58,351 bases of DNA from Deferribacterales bacterium (lineage in GTDB: Bacteria; Chrysiogenota; Deferribacteres; Deferribacterales; Geovibrionaceae): positions 1 through 58,351 of the forward strand of contig JBFWJG010000008.1 in NCBI GenBank assembly GCA_050253335.1, in the 5' to 3' direction. Made by a program: the position numbers and the translations under genes. The notes beneath the pieces are model-generated. The model was not told where the DNA came from, searched no databases, and saw nothing but the letters and a program-made list of their open reading frames with translations. Position 1 is the first letter of the stretch. Each line of letters opens with the position of its first letter. Below, piece after piece: positions 1 through 10,228 of the stretch.

Positions 1-1896
1 GTTTTTATATTCTGCTTCGAGGCAGTTCATCTTTTTTTTCATGACTTCCGGAAAAGAGCCGCGCTGAAGTTTCTGGAAGGTGAGTATCCATATATACTGC
101 TTGAGCCTGCCCCGTTCCTCCAGCCTGCGTTCGGTTTCAAAATCCCTGAGGGCAAACTCATTGAGGTCAAAATTAAGCTCACCTTTGGTAATCTGCATCA
201 GCGAGACGCAGTGCTTGCCCTCCTTACGGACATCCAGAACGTCAAGATCCCGCTGAGAGTAGCGCATCTGGTTGTGCATATCCGAGAGGGGGATCATCTC
301 CGGATCGGAAAGGGAGACTATTCTGGGATAATCCCCCTCCACACGGTTCACGGCTCTGGTTCCCAGCCCCATGACTATACGGAGCATCCCTGCTTCCGGG
401 TCTATATTCCTGTTCCAGACATAAGTGTTGTAGGAAAGACCGACCCCCGCCGCATGAGGATAGTAGTAATGATCCTGATAGCTGCCGGAAACCCTCTGCA
501 CAAGGAGCGACATCTGCTCATCCGCTTCCTCCAGACCTCTGTTGCGTCTGTATTCCAGAGCGTCCCTGCTCATGGCGCTGGCGTAAACCAGCTTCATACA
601 GCGGAAGAAATCCTCATATCTTTCCTCCGGCGAGCCCATGACGGAGCAGAAAAAGCTTTCGTATTTTCCGGCGAATGCGTTTCCGTATCCGTCCTCAAGG
701 AGGCTGCTTGAGCGTATGACTATGGGATACTGACCGAAATAGTCCAGCATCTCCCTTATCTTTGATTTGATTTCCGGAGGCAGTTTCCCTTCGGGAAAGA
801 GCTTTTCGAGCTTTCTGCCCGCCCGGAAATAGCCCTCAGGCGTTTTCTGCTCCATGAACAGATCCCACCAGCCGTTGTGCACTATGAAGGAGTGGAACAC
901 ATCGGAGCCTATATAGAATGAATCATGGGGCTCCATATATTTTTCAAAGGGCTTGCCCCGTTTGTTTTCGATAATTTTTCTGGCAAGGAGAAACCCCGCC
1001 GCTTTTCCGCCTATGAAACCTGTTCCTATCATTCGGCTTTTTATCTCCAGCATGTCCGCAAGGGTGAAGTGGCGGTTTATGAGATAAATTATGCGCTGAT
1101 CCCTTCCCATAAGCATACTGACCAGCTTTTCTTTCATGGCGTTTTTTTCTGTTTTCTTGTCAGTGCCCAGCAGAGACTCGGCTTTTATGAATTCCCTGTC
1201 CCATGCGTCCACGGAGCGTCTTATTCCTGCTCCGGGGGCTGTGCACAGGGTGCGGAAAAGGCTTGTCGCCTCAAGGCTGTTTTTTACGGGGGTGAAAATT
1301 TCAGCGCTGTCAAATCTGTGAGGGAGAAACATGGTCGGGCTTGAACGCTCAAAGACCTTCTGCGGATGCGCGTAAAGGTTGGTTCCGTCACTGTATGCCT
1401 CTATCATAACCTGAGTGGTTTCCCTGATGCGGTTGATGGTTTCGAATGAATGATGGTTTTTGTAAACCGCGAAGAAGGCGACAGTGTCCAGCTTATAAAG
1501 AAACGGGCAGATTATGCGGAAGAAATTAGCAACGGAGTTGTCCGATGCCCATGAAGAGAGGAGATACGACAGGCAGTCAAAAATATAGAAAACACGTTTG
1601 CCCTTTGATTTCACAATCCGGTAGGCGTGTTCGGCAAACTGTCCGAAGCCTGTGTCCGCCTCAAGGCTGAAAACCTCGGCTTCATTATCGTCAATAAGCG
1701 GGGGATGATCTGCAAAACGGATGTAGCAGAGCTTTCTGCCGTCTGCGAGTGCCTGACGGGCAAACGGGCGCACAAATGCCGCGTATTCCGCGAATGACGG
1801 AACATTCCACACAACATTGTCCCCGATGCGGAGACTGTCTATAACGGAGTCCAGGCCGCTGAGGCCGGTTTTAACCTTTTCCTGCTTAGCGTTCAT
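1..1896 (-). CDS. PEP/pyruvate-binding domain (PPDK_N / PEP-synthase-like) protein, 3' end outside the window
   Basis: Not in the ORF track because it has no stop in the window. Manual translation from ATG at 1896 (preceded by AAGGAAG): MNAKQEKVKTGLSGLDSVIDSLRIGDNVVWNV...; internal motifs IRSSSLLEDGYGNAFAGKYES and VYASAMS...EQMSLLVQRVSG are typical of the PPDK_N ATP-grasp domain. Only parts were translated by hand. Confidence 0.85.
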   Translation of the reverse strand, partial: MNAKQEKVKTGLSGLDSVIDSLRIGDNVVWNVPSFAEYAAFVRPFARQALADGRKLCYIRFADHPPLIDDNEAEVFSLEADTGFGQFAEHAYRIVKSKGKRVFYIFDCLSYLLSSWASDNSVANFFRIICPFLYKLDTVAFFAVYKNHHSFETINRIRETTQVMIEAYSDGTNLYAHPQKVFERSSPTMFLPHRFDSAEIFTPVKNSLEATSLFRTLCTAPGAGIRRSVDAWDREFIKAESLLGTDKKTEKNAMKEKLVSMLMGRDQRIIYLINRHFTLADMLEIKSRMIGTGFIGGKAAGFLLARKIIENKRGKPFEKYMEPHDSFYIGSDVFHSFIVHNGWWDLFMEQKTPEGYFRAGRKLEKLFPEGKLPPEIKSKIREMLDYFGQYPIVIRSSSLLEDGYGNAFAGKYESFFCSVMGSPEERYEDFFRCMKLVYASAMSRDALEYRRNRGLEEADEQMSLLVQRVSGSYQDHYYYPHAAGVGLSYNTYVWNRNIDPEAGMLRIVMGLGTRAVNRVEGDYPRIVSLSDPEMIPLSDMHNQMRYSQRDLDVLDVRKEGKHCVSLMQITKGELNFDLNEFALRDFETERRLEERGRLKQYIWILTFQKLQRGSFPEVMKKKMNCLEAEYKN

Positions 1897-1906
1897 CCGC
1901 TTCCTT

Positions 1907-1944
1907 AAAAAGTTTCGGGGAAGCCTGCTTAGGACTTCCCCGAA
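1907..1944 (-). terminator. Rho-independent terminator after gdhA
   Basis: Stem TTCGGGGAAG/CTTCCCCGAA followed on the minus strand by ACTTTTT. Confidence 0.65.
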
Positions 1945-1954
1945 GAATTCTTTG

Positions 1955-3304
<1,350 letters not shown>

Positions 3305-3599
3305 TCAAATACTCCTGTAGCCGTTACATTTGTTTTTAGGAAAACAATCAATAAATTTCCTGAATGATTTATTATACATAAAATTACGGAAATTGTAAGA
3401 AATATTGCAAAAAATAATTATTCATTATTATTAATATTTTATATAAATATCCTTAAAATAGTGCTGAAATGCGCTATTATAATATAAGGTCACTGCGGAT
3501 TATAAAGATATAAAGTAATGATTATTCGCTCTGTGCCTTATATAGTAATAAAATACTTTGGTGTTTATTTTCGGCCCCTTACGTTATATTCTGTATTCC

Positions 3600-6071
3600 A
3601 TGAAATTTTACAGCCTTCACAAAAAAGTTCTTATAGCCTTTCTGGCGCTGTCTCTGCTCCCTTTGGCGGTTCTCGGTTTTTATGCCGCCAGAAACCTCAG
3701 CTCGGTTGAGCAGTATCTGCGTAAAAGTGCCTCTTCCGCTCTGGAAGCGCAGGCTACCCGCTCCCTTGTTCTCAGCGCCCAGACAGTGGCGGACACTGTA
3801 TCCATATTCCTTCGGAGCATAGAGAACGACCTCAACAGCTTTGTTCTGCTTGAACCTCAGGAGAGCGAGTACAGGGATTTTTATGACAGGCACAGGGGAA
3901 CAGTTCGCTTCTGGGACAACGGCAGCGAGAAATTTCATGATGTGCCGCTTTACAGCGAGCTGGCTTTCATCAGGCCGGACGGAACAGAGCAGATCAGGCT
4001 TGTTGACGGCTTCCCTGTGAAGGAACTGCGCAATGTCTCGGTTCCGGCGAATACCACATATAAAACCGAAGACTATTTCATCCGCACTCTTGAACTTCCG
4101 GACGGCGAGGTTTACGTTTCGAGGGTAAGCGGCTGGTTTATCCATAAAAAAGAAGTCGAAAAAAAAGGGAGCGATACCCAGTATGACGGTGTTGTCCGTT
4201 TTGCCAGAGCAGTTTACGACAAAGACGGCAGTCTGAAAGGTGTGGCTGTTATTTCCCTTGATCATATGCACCTGATGGAATTCACCCGCCACATCTCCCC
4301 GGACGGAAAGGACAGCAGCAAAAAGGCGTCATATGAAAGCGCCGACTATTCTTTCATGTTTGATGACGAGGGATGGATAATAACCCACCCCAAGCAGTGG
4401 GACATAAGAGGCCACAACTCCGACGGAACACTCTCCGGCACAAGGGGTGAATACAGCGCGGCGAGGCTTCAGGAAGGGGACATCCCCTTTAATCTGTTTA
4501 AGACCGGATTCATACATGAAAACTATCCCGCCGCGGCTTCGGATGTTCTCGGAGGCGGCAGGGGAGTTGTGGATGTAACCAACGTGGGCGGCTCAAGGAA
4601 GATTATGGCATATGCTCCCATACGCTATTCCTCAGGGGTTTACGCGGAGCACGGAGTGTTCGGCGGAGTGACGATAGGCGCTGAGATAAGCCGTTTTCAC
4701 ATGCCCGCTGTGCGGATTTCTGATGTTATAAGGGGCGAGCTTGATAAGTTTATCAGCAGCATGGCTATATTTGTAACCATTATGGCGGTGGCGGTGCTTG
4801 CGGTTGCCTACAGGCTTTCATGGAGCATAACCAACCCCATCGAGCGTCTTAACCTCGCCATTAAAAGCGTAACCAGAGACGGCGCAGCGCCGAATGTGGA
4901 TGTTTCCGGCGGGGATGAGGTGGCTCAGCTCACAAGATCGTTCAATGACATGGCGCGCGAGCTTGAAAACAGGCGGGTGAGCCTCATGGAGTCCATGCAG
5001 AAGCTTGAGGCTTCCAGAGAGGCGGTTATAAGGGAACAGAATTTCAAAACCACAGTATTTGAGAATATAGAAACGGGCATCCTCACCCTTGATAAGGACA
5101 ACCGCATAACATTCATAAATAAACCCGCTATGACAATCCTCCGTCTGCCGAAATCAGCAGAGGGCGGTTTTCTGGATGAGGCTCTGGCTCACAAGTCGGA
5201 GGTTATAAACGTCATAAGGGAGTTTCAGTCTGAAGGGCGCACAAAGCGCTGGAGCCGATATATTGACTCCGAAGACGGCGGGCGCAACATGCACCTGAGG
5301 ATCGCGGGGCTGCCCATGGTGATGGAACATGCGGACGGCAATATCATCACGGTGGAGGATCTCACGGAAAGGGTGGGACTGCGCAGACAGATGGCCAGAA
5401 TGGACAGGTTCGCCTCAATGGGGAGACTCTCCGCCGGACTAGCCCATGAGATACGCAACCCGCTCACCGGAATAAGCCTCATGCTGGATGACCTGCACGA
5501 CAGACTCCTGAAAAACGATGCGGACAGACAGCTTATTCAGCGTTCCCTGAAGGAGATAGAACGCCTTGAGGGGCTTGTGGACGGTCTGCTTAACTTCGCT
5601 TCCGCAGTTCCCCCCAAGCTGCGCACTGCCAATATCGCCGATATTCTTTCGGACACGCTCTTTTTTGTGAAAAAGCAGTGCGAGAGGCAGAAAATTATCC
5701 TTGAGACAGACGTGGAAGCTGATCTGCCCATGCTGAATCTTGATCCGGATAAGATAAAGCAGGCGTTTCTGAACCTGCTCACAAACGCTCTTGACGCCAT
5801 GAAAAACGGAGGAAGCCTCCGTATCGCAGTGAAAAGGGCGGAAGGCGGCATCGAGCTTATTTTCAGTGATACCGGAGTGGGGATAAGCCCTGAGGATCTG
5901 CCGAACATTTTCGAGCCTTTCTACACCACAAAGGCAGAGGGCACAGGGCTGGGGCTTGCCATAACCCACAACATAGTTTCCGAGCACGGCGGAAAAATCG
6001 AGGCTGAAAGCAGGCACGGAGCAGGAAGCAGGTTCATACTGTTTTTCCCTTTTGAGGGGAATCCCGGGTAA
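3600..6071 (+). CDS. Membrane sensor histidine kinase (extracytoplasmic Cache-like domain, HAMP, PAS, HisKA, HATPase)
   Basis: Two TM segments, HAMP (DEVAQLTRSFNDM), H-box LAHEIRNPL, N/G boxes (NLLTNA, DTGVG, GTGLGL); ATG at 3600 preferred over the TTG at 3558. Confidence 0.92.
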   Translation: MKFYSLHKKVLIAFLALSLLPLAVLGFYAARNLSSVEQYLRKSASSALEAQATRSLVLSAQTVADTVSIFLRSIENDLNSFVLLEPQESEYRDFYDRHRGTVRFWDNGSEKFHDVPLYSELAFIRPDGTEQIRLVDGFPVKELRNVSVPANTTYKTEDYFIRTLELPDGEVYVSRVSGWFIHKKEVEKKGSDTQYDGVVRFARAVYDKDGSLKGVAVISLDHMHLMEFTRHISPDGKDSSKKASYESADYSFMFDDEGWIITHPKQWDIRGHNSDGTLSGTRGEYSAARLQEGDIPFNLFKTGFIHENYPAAASDVLGGGRGVVDVTNVGGSRKIMAYAPIRYSSGVYAEHGVFGGVTIGAEISRFHMPAVRISDVIRGELDKFISSMAIFVTIMAVAVLAVAYRLSWSITNPIERLNLAIKSVTRDGAAPNVDVSGGDEVAQLTRSFNDMARELENRRVSLMESMQKLEASREAVIREQNFKTTVFENIETGILTLDKDNRITFINKPAMTILRLPKSAEGGFLDEALAHKSEVINVIREFQSEGRTKRWSRYIDSEDGGRNMHLRIAGLPMVMEHADGNIITVEDLTERVGLRRQMARMDRFASMGRLSAGLAHEIRNPLTGISLMLDDLHDRLLKNDADRQLIQRSLKEIERLEGLVDGLLNFASAVPPKLRTANIADILSDTLFFVKKQCERQKIILETDVEADLPMLNLDPDKIKQAFLNLLTNALDAMKNGGSLRIAVKRAEGGIELIFSDTGVGISPEDLPNIFEPFYTTKAEGTGLGLAITHNIVSEHGGKIEAESRHGAGSRFILFFPFEGNPG

Positions 6072-6151
6072 AATATTATATATAGCGTTATTTCCCGCCC
6101 TGCTGTATATATCTCATTTTACGGCTTTTCAGGCGGGAGAGGCATAATAAC

Positions 6152-7537
6152 ATGGAAAAAATACTGATTGTGGATGATGAGGTTTTCATCTGCGAAAACC
6201 TGCAGAGAGTTCTCAGTGCGGACGGGTACAAGGTTTTTATTACCCACAGCGGAGAGGACGCTCTGGATATAGTTGTGGAAGAGGAGATCGACCTTGTTCT
6301 TCTGGATCTCAATCTGGGCTCCACCAGCGGGCTTGATGTCCTTAAAACCCTCAAAGAGATAGACCCTGAACTTCTTGTAATCATTATAACCGGATACGGA
6401 ACAGTGGAAAGCGCCGTGGAATCACTGAAAATGGGCGCTTATGACTATATAAAGAAACCTTTCAAAGCGGACGCCATACACCTTATTGTCCGACTCGCGC
6501 TGGAAACACAGGAACTGAGAAGAGAGGTGCGCCACCTCAGGAGAGGGAGCGGGGCTTTGTCCGCCTCTATGCAGATTATAGGCTCCAGCGAGGAGATGAA
6601 GCGTATCTACTCCCAGATTCAGGAAGTGGCGAAGCATGAGACGGCAACGGTTCTCATCACAGGTGAATCGGGCACCGGCAAGGAGCTTGTGGCGAAGGCC
6701 ATTCATAATCTTTCCCCCAGAAGCACAAAACCCTTTGTGGAGATAAACTGCGGTTCTCTTCCTTACAACCTGCTTGAATCAGAGCTTTTCGGCTACGAGA
6801 AGGGAGCCTTCACCGATGCGAAAACCCGCAAGATAGGCCTTCTGGAAGAGGCTTCCGGAGGCACGCTTTTTCTGGACGAAATAGGCGAAATGGATATGAG
6901 CCTTCAGGTGAAGCTTCTGCGTGTTATAGAGGACAGAAAATTCCGCAGACTGGGAAACACCAGAAACATAGATATAGACGTGCGGATAATCGCCGCCACA
7001 AACAGAGATCTTAAAAAAGCAATCGATGAAAAACAGTTCAGGGAAGACCTCTACTACAGGCTGAATGTTTTCCCCATACGCCTCCCCGCCCTCAGGGAGC
7101 GCAGGGAGGATATCCCAAACCTGCTGGATTTCTTCATAAAAAAATTCAGCACGGATTTTAAGAAGAAGGTCAAGGATATAGCCCGTCCGGCGCTCAATCT
7201 TTTCATGGAGTACCCCTGGCCGGGAAATGTGCGGGAGCTGAAGAACGTTGTGGAGCGCATCTGCATCATGACCGATGCGGAGGTTATCACGGAGGATGTT
7301 CTCCCGCAGGAGATCAGGGGCAGCAAAGTCAGAAAAGAGACGCCCGCGGGTATTGAAGTTCCCGCAGAGGGGCTGGTGCTTGAGGATGCTGTTTCCCGCT
7401 ATGAGGAAGGGATTATAAGAAAAGCTCTCATGATGACGGACGGCAACGTGGCGCAGGCCTCAAAACTGCTCGGCACTGCCCGCGGAACACTGCGTTATAA
7501 ACTGGATAAATATAAAATAGAGCATAATGACCATTAA
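6152..7537 (+). CDS. Sigma-54-dependent response regulator (NtrC/AtoC family)
   Basis: REC domain, GESGTGKE Walker A, GAFTDA loop, WPGNVREL, C-terminal Fis-type HTH. Confidence 0.96.
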   Translation: MEKILIVDDEVFICENLQRVLSADGYKVFITHSGEDALDIVVEEEIDLVLLDLNLGSTSGLDVLKTLKEIDPELLVIIITGYGTVESAVESLKMGAYDYIKKPFKADAIHLIVRLALETQELRREVRHLRRGSGALSASMQIIGSSEEMKRIYSQIQEVAKHETATVLITGESGTGKELVAKAIHNLSPRSTKPFVEINCGSLPYNLLESELFGYEKGAFTDAKTRKIGLLEEASGGTLFLDEIGEMDMSLQVKLLRVIEDRKFRRLGNTRNIDIDVRIIAATNRDLKKAIDEKQFREDLYYRLNVFPIRLPALRERREDIPNLLDFFIKKFSTDFKKKVKDIARPALNLFMEYPWPGNVRELKNVVERICIMTDAEVITEDVLPQEIRGSKVRKETPAGIEVPAEGLVLEDAVSRYEEGIIRKALMMTDGNVAQASKLLGTARGTLRYKLDKYKIEHNDH

Positions 7538-7630
7538 ATAGGTATTTTCATGTAATTTTCTTGCGCTTCCGTACAGACAAGCACGCAGATTTTACAACAA
7601 CAGGCTTTATTTGTTCTATTGTTTTAAAAA

Positions 7631-7726
7631 GGCGGAAATTTGCCACGGGGGATGAAAAAAACCGATTTTCCTGTACATATATATATTTATGATAGCTGCC
7701 GCAAAATCCTGTGGCAGTTTTCCGCC
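7631..7726. promoter_or_regulatory. Pair of inverted putative enhancer sites for a sigma-54 activator
   Basis: GGCGGAAATTTGCCA (7631-7645) and TGGCAGTTTTCCGCC (7712-7726); the same motif pair and spacing recur before the second transporter. Confidence 0.7.
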
Positions 7727-7861
7727 TTTAATCCCGTCTTTAATATGTCCGTATTCTATAACAAAATTATAACCCGAAGCAGGTTTGAAATTTATTAATC
7801 CCAGTAATCAAAGGGGTTTTAGCGGGCGTTCATATTATCTGCCGGAAAAAAATAAGCAAGC

Positions 7862-7877
7862 TGGTATGTGAGTTGCT
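7862..7877 (+). promoter_or_regulatory. Sigma-54 (-24/-12) promoter of DASS transporter 1
   Basis: TGGTAT-GTGAG-TTGCT matches TGGCAC-N5-TTGCW with correct GG-N10-GC spacing, about 45 nt before the start codon. Confidence 0.85.
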
Positions 7878-7922
7878 CTTAATATGACAGGTTTTATAAC
7901 TTTCATTTTAGGAGTGGCTTTT

Positions 7923-9677
7923 ATGATGGCAGCATTCTGGAACAAACTCTGGGACATGCACGACGACACCAAAGCTCTTGTGCTTTACAGCCCCAAAGCA
8001 ATGCTCAAAAAATTCATCAACACTCACTTCTCGTCTGCAACCGAGAAGGAGGAAAAAAGCGTGGATCTGGCGGACGAAATGTCAGACGCGCCGGCGGAGC
8101 ACGCCCGCAGGATCAAATCCGGCCCCGGAGGGGTGGAGGAGGGCGAGCCGAGAGAATATTCAATCAGGCAGAAAATAGGCCTGTTCCTCGGACCCGTACT
8201 GTTTTTTCTTATGCTTATTATCCCCACGCCGGAAGGGATGAGCCCCGAGGCTCAGAAAATGGCGGCAATCACTTTCCTCATGGCGACATGGTGGATGTGC
8301 GAATCTCTGCCAATTCCCGCAACAAGCCTTCTGCCCATCCCTCTTTTCCCCATAATGGGTCTTATGCCCACGGGCAAGGCTACGGCGCCTTACGCAAATG
8401 ACCTTATATTTCTCTTCATGGGCGGTTTCATAATAGCCCTCTCCATGCAGAAATGGAACCTTCACCGCAGAATCGCCATGAACATAGTTAAGGTTGTCGG
8501 CTTCTCCCCCAGCAGGCTTATCCTCGGCTTCATGGTGGCTACAGGGATAATCTCCGCCTTTGTTTCCAACACCGCCACGGCGGTTATGATGATGCCCATC
8601 GGCCTTGCCATAATCGCTCACGTTGTTGAGGAAGGCAAAAGGGAAGGGCTTGATAAAGTGATCGACTTCTCGCCTGAGAAATTCGCCTTCGGCCTCAACC
8701 TCATGCTCGGTATCGCTTACGCCGCTTCAATAGGCGGTATAGCAACCCTGATCGGCACTCCTCCCAACACAGTTCTTGCGGGCTATCTTTCCAAAACTTT
8801 CGGCTATGAGATAACCTTCGCAAAATGGCTTGTAGTGGGTGTTCCTCTGGTGGTTGTGACGCTCCCGATGTGCTGGCTCTGGCTGATAAAAGTCGCAAAC
8901 CCCATGAAGCTCAAGAAAGTTCCCGGCGGTAAAGACCTCATAGAGGCTGAACTGAAGAAGATGGGCAAAATGAGCGTCGGCGAACGCTGGACACTGCTTG
9001 TTTTCAGCATCACCGCTCTTGCATGGATATTCAGGGCGCAGATCAGCTTCCTTTTCCCCGATCCCAAAATGGTTACGGACGCGGCAATCGGCATGATCGG
9101 CGGATGCATACTGTTCCTTATCCCCATCAATCTTAAAAGAAACGAGTTCGTTATGGACTGGCACTGGGCGTCTAAAATGCCTTGGGGCGTTCTTATCCTC
9201 TTCGGCGGCGGCTTATGTCTTTCCGACGGGTTTAAGGTAACCAAGCTTGCGGACTGGATAGGCCTTCAGGTTGGGCTTCTTGAACATGCGCCCATACTTG
9301 TGCTTATTATAGCCGTGACAACTCTCATAATCTTCCTTACGGAGCTTACATCAAACACAGCGACCGCCGCTATGGTTATGCCCATTCTTTCCGCGGTTGC
9401 CATAGGCCTCGGCCAGAACCCGCTTCTGCTGGTTGTTCCCGCTGCCATAGCCGCTTCATGCGCTTTCATGCTTCCCGTTGCGACACCTCCGAACGCAATA
9501 GTTTTCGGCTCCGGTTATGTGACGATTCCGCAGATGGCAAAAAGCGGCTTCGGGCTGAACATCCTCTGCATAGTCATTACAGTGATAATAACTTATGTGC
9601 TTGTTATCCCCTTCTTCGGTGTTGAGATAGGCGTTCTTCCCGAGTGGGCTGTTCTGACAGAAGCTGTGACTAAATAA
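7923..9677 (+). CDS. SLC13/DASS family Na+:dicarboxylate (anion) symporter, paralog 1
   Basis: Two SNT motifs (FVSNTAT, LTSNTAT), GTPPN, PVATPPNA, many TM helices; start chosen at ATG 7923 after GGAG RBS and downstream of the sigma-54 promoter. Confidence 0.93.
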   Translation: MMAAFWNKLWDMHDDTKALVLYSPKAMLKKFINTHFSSATEKEEKSVDLADEMSDAPAEHARRIKSGPGGVEEGEPREYSIRQKIGLFLGPVLFFLMLIIPTPEGMSPEAQKMAAITFLMATWWMCESLPIPATSLLPIPLFPIMGLMPTGKATAPYANDLIFLFMGGFIIALSMQKWNLHRRIAMNIVKVVGFSPSRLILGFMVATGIISAFVSNTATAVMMMPIGLAIIAHVVEEGKREGLDKVIDFSPEKFAFGLNLMLGIAYAASIGGIATLIGTPPNTVLAGYLSKTFGYEITFAKWLVVGVPLVVVTLPMCWLWLIKVANPMKLKKVPGGKDLIEAELKKMGKMSVGERWTLLVFSITALAWIFRAQISFLFPDPKMVTDAAIGMIGGCILFLIPINLKRNEFVMDWHWASKMPWGVLILFGGGLCLSDGFKVTKLADWIGLQVGLLEHAPILVLIIAVTTLIIFLTELTSNTATAAMVMPILSAVAIGLGQNPLLLVVPAAIAASCAFMLPVATPPNAIVFGSGYVTIPQMAKSGFGLNILCIVITVIITYVLVIPFFGVEIGVLPEWAVLTEAVTK

Positions 9678-9710
9678 GGACTTTTCCGGCAATAAGCCGC
9701 ATCACCTTGT

Positions 9711-9736
9711 CCCGGAGCCGTCCACGCGGCTCCGGG
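9711..9736 (+). terminator. GC-rich hairpin after DASS paralog 1 (terminator or mRNA-stabilising stem, no U-tract)
   Basis: CCCGGAGCCG-TCCACG-CGGCTCCGGG perfect 10-bp stem. Confidence 0.5.
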
Positions 9737-9944
9737 CATCTCTTCCGGTGGCGGAAATCTGCACATGTGTAAAATAACAGATAAAAATAAGACGTAAAAG
9801 ACACCTTGTTATAAAAATTAAGCTAATAAAATAAAACAAAGAGCCTGTTTTTGCGTCATTTTCCTTAATTTCAAATTCATTTCTTATTTTCTTAGTTAAT
9901 TTTACAGATAAAATACACCCCCTTGTGTTCTATTTGATAAAATG

Positions 9945-10037
9945 GGCGGATTTTCGCCATTTATGGATTATTGGATAAAATTCAAGATTATTAACTATTT
10001 ATGTCTTGTTATGTAAGCTTATTGGCGGATTTCCGCC
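9945..10037. promoter_or_regulatory. Pair of inverted putative enhancer sites, second copy
   Basis: GGCGGATTTTCGCCA (9945-9959) and TGGCGGATTTCCGCC (10023-10037). Confidence 0.7.
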
Positions 10038-10170
10038 GCTTTTTTCAGTTTTAATATCCCTGTAATTTATAACGAGATTATAGTCCGTTATAAATTTAAA
10101 TTTTTCTATCTCTTTTTTATAAGGTGTTTATGGGGATTGAACCCGAAATATACTAAGATTATCAAGCAAA

Positions 10171-10186
10171 TGGTATGCTTGTTGCT
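10171..10186 (+). promoter_or_regulatory. Sigma-54 (-24/-12) promoter of DASS transporter 2
   Basis: TGGTAT-GCTTG-TTGCT with correct GG-N10-GC spacing. Confidence 0.85.
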
Positions 10187-10228
10187 TTTAAAGCGTCAGT
10201 TCATTAAGTTTTGTTTCAGGAGTGGTTT

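Noticed and set aside
211..1817. Plus-strand and short ORFs 211-711, 925-1344, 1136-1321, 1611-1817
   Set aside because: Shadow frames of the minus-strand PPDK_N gene
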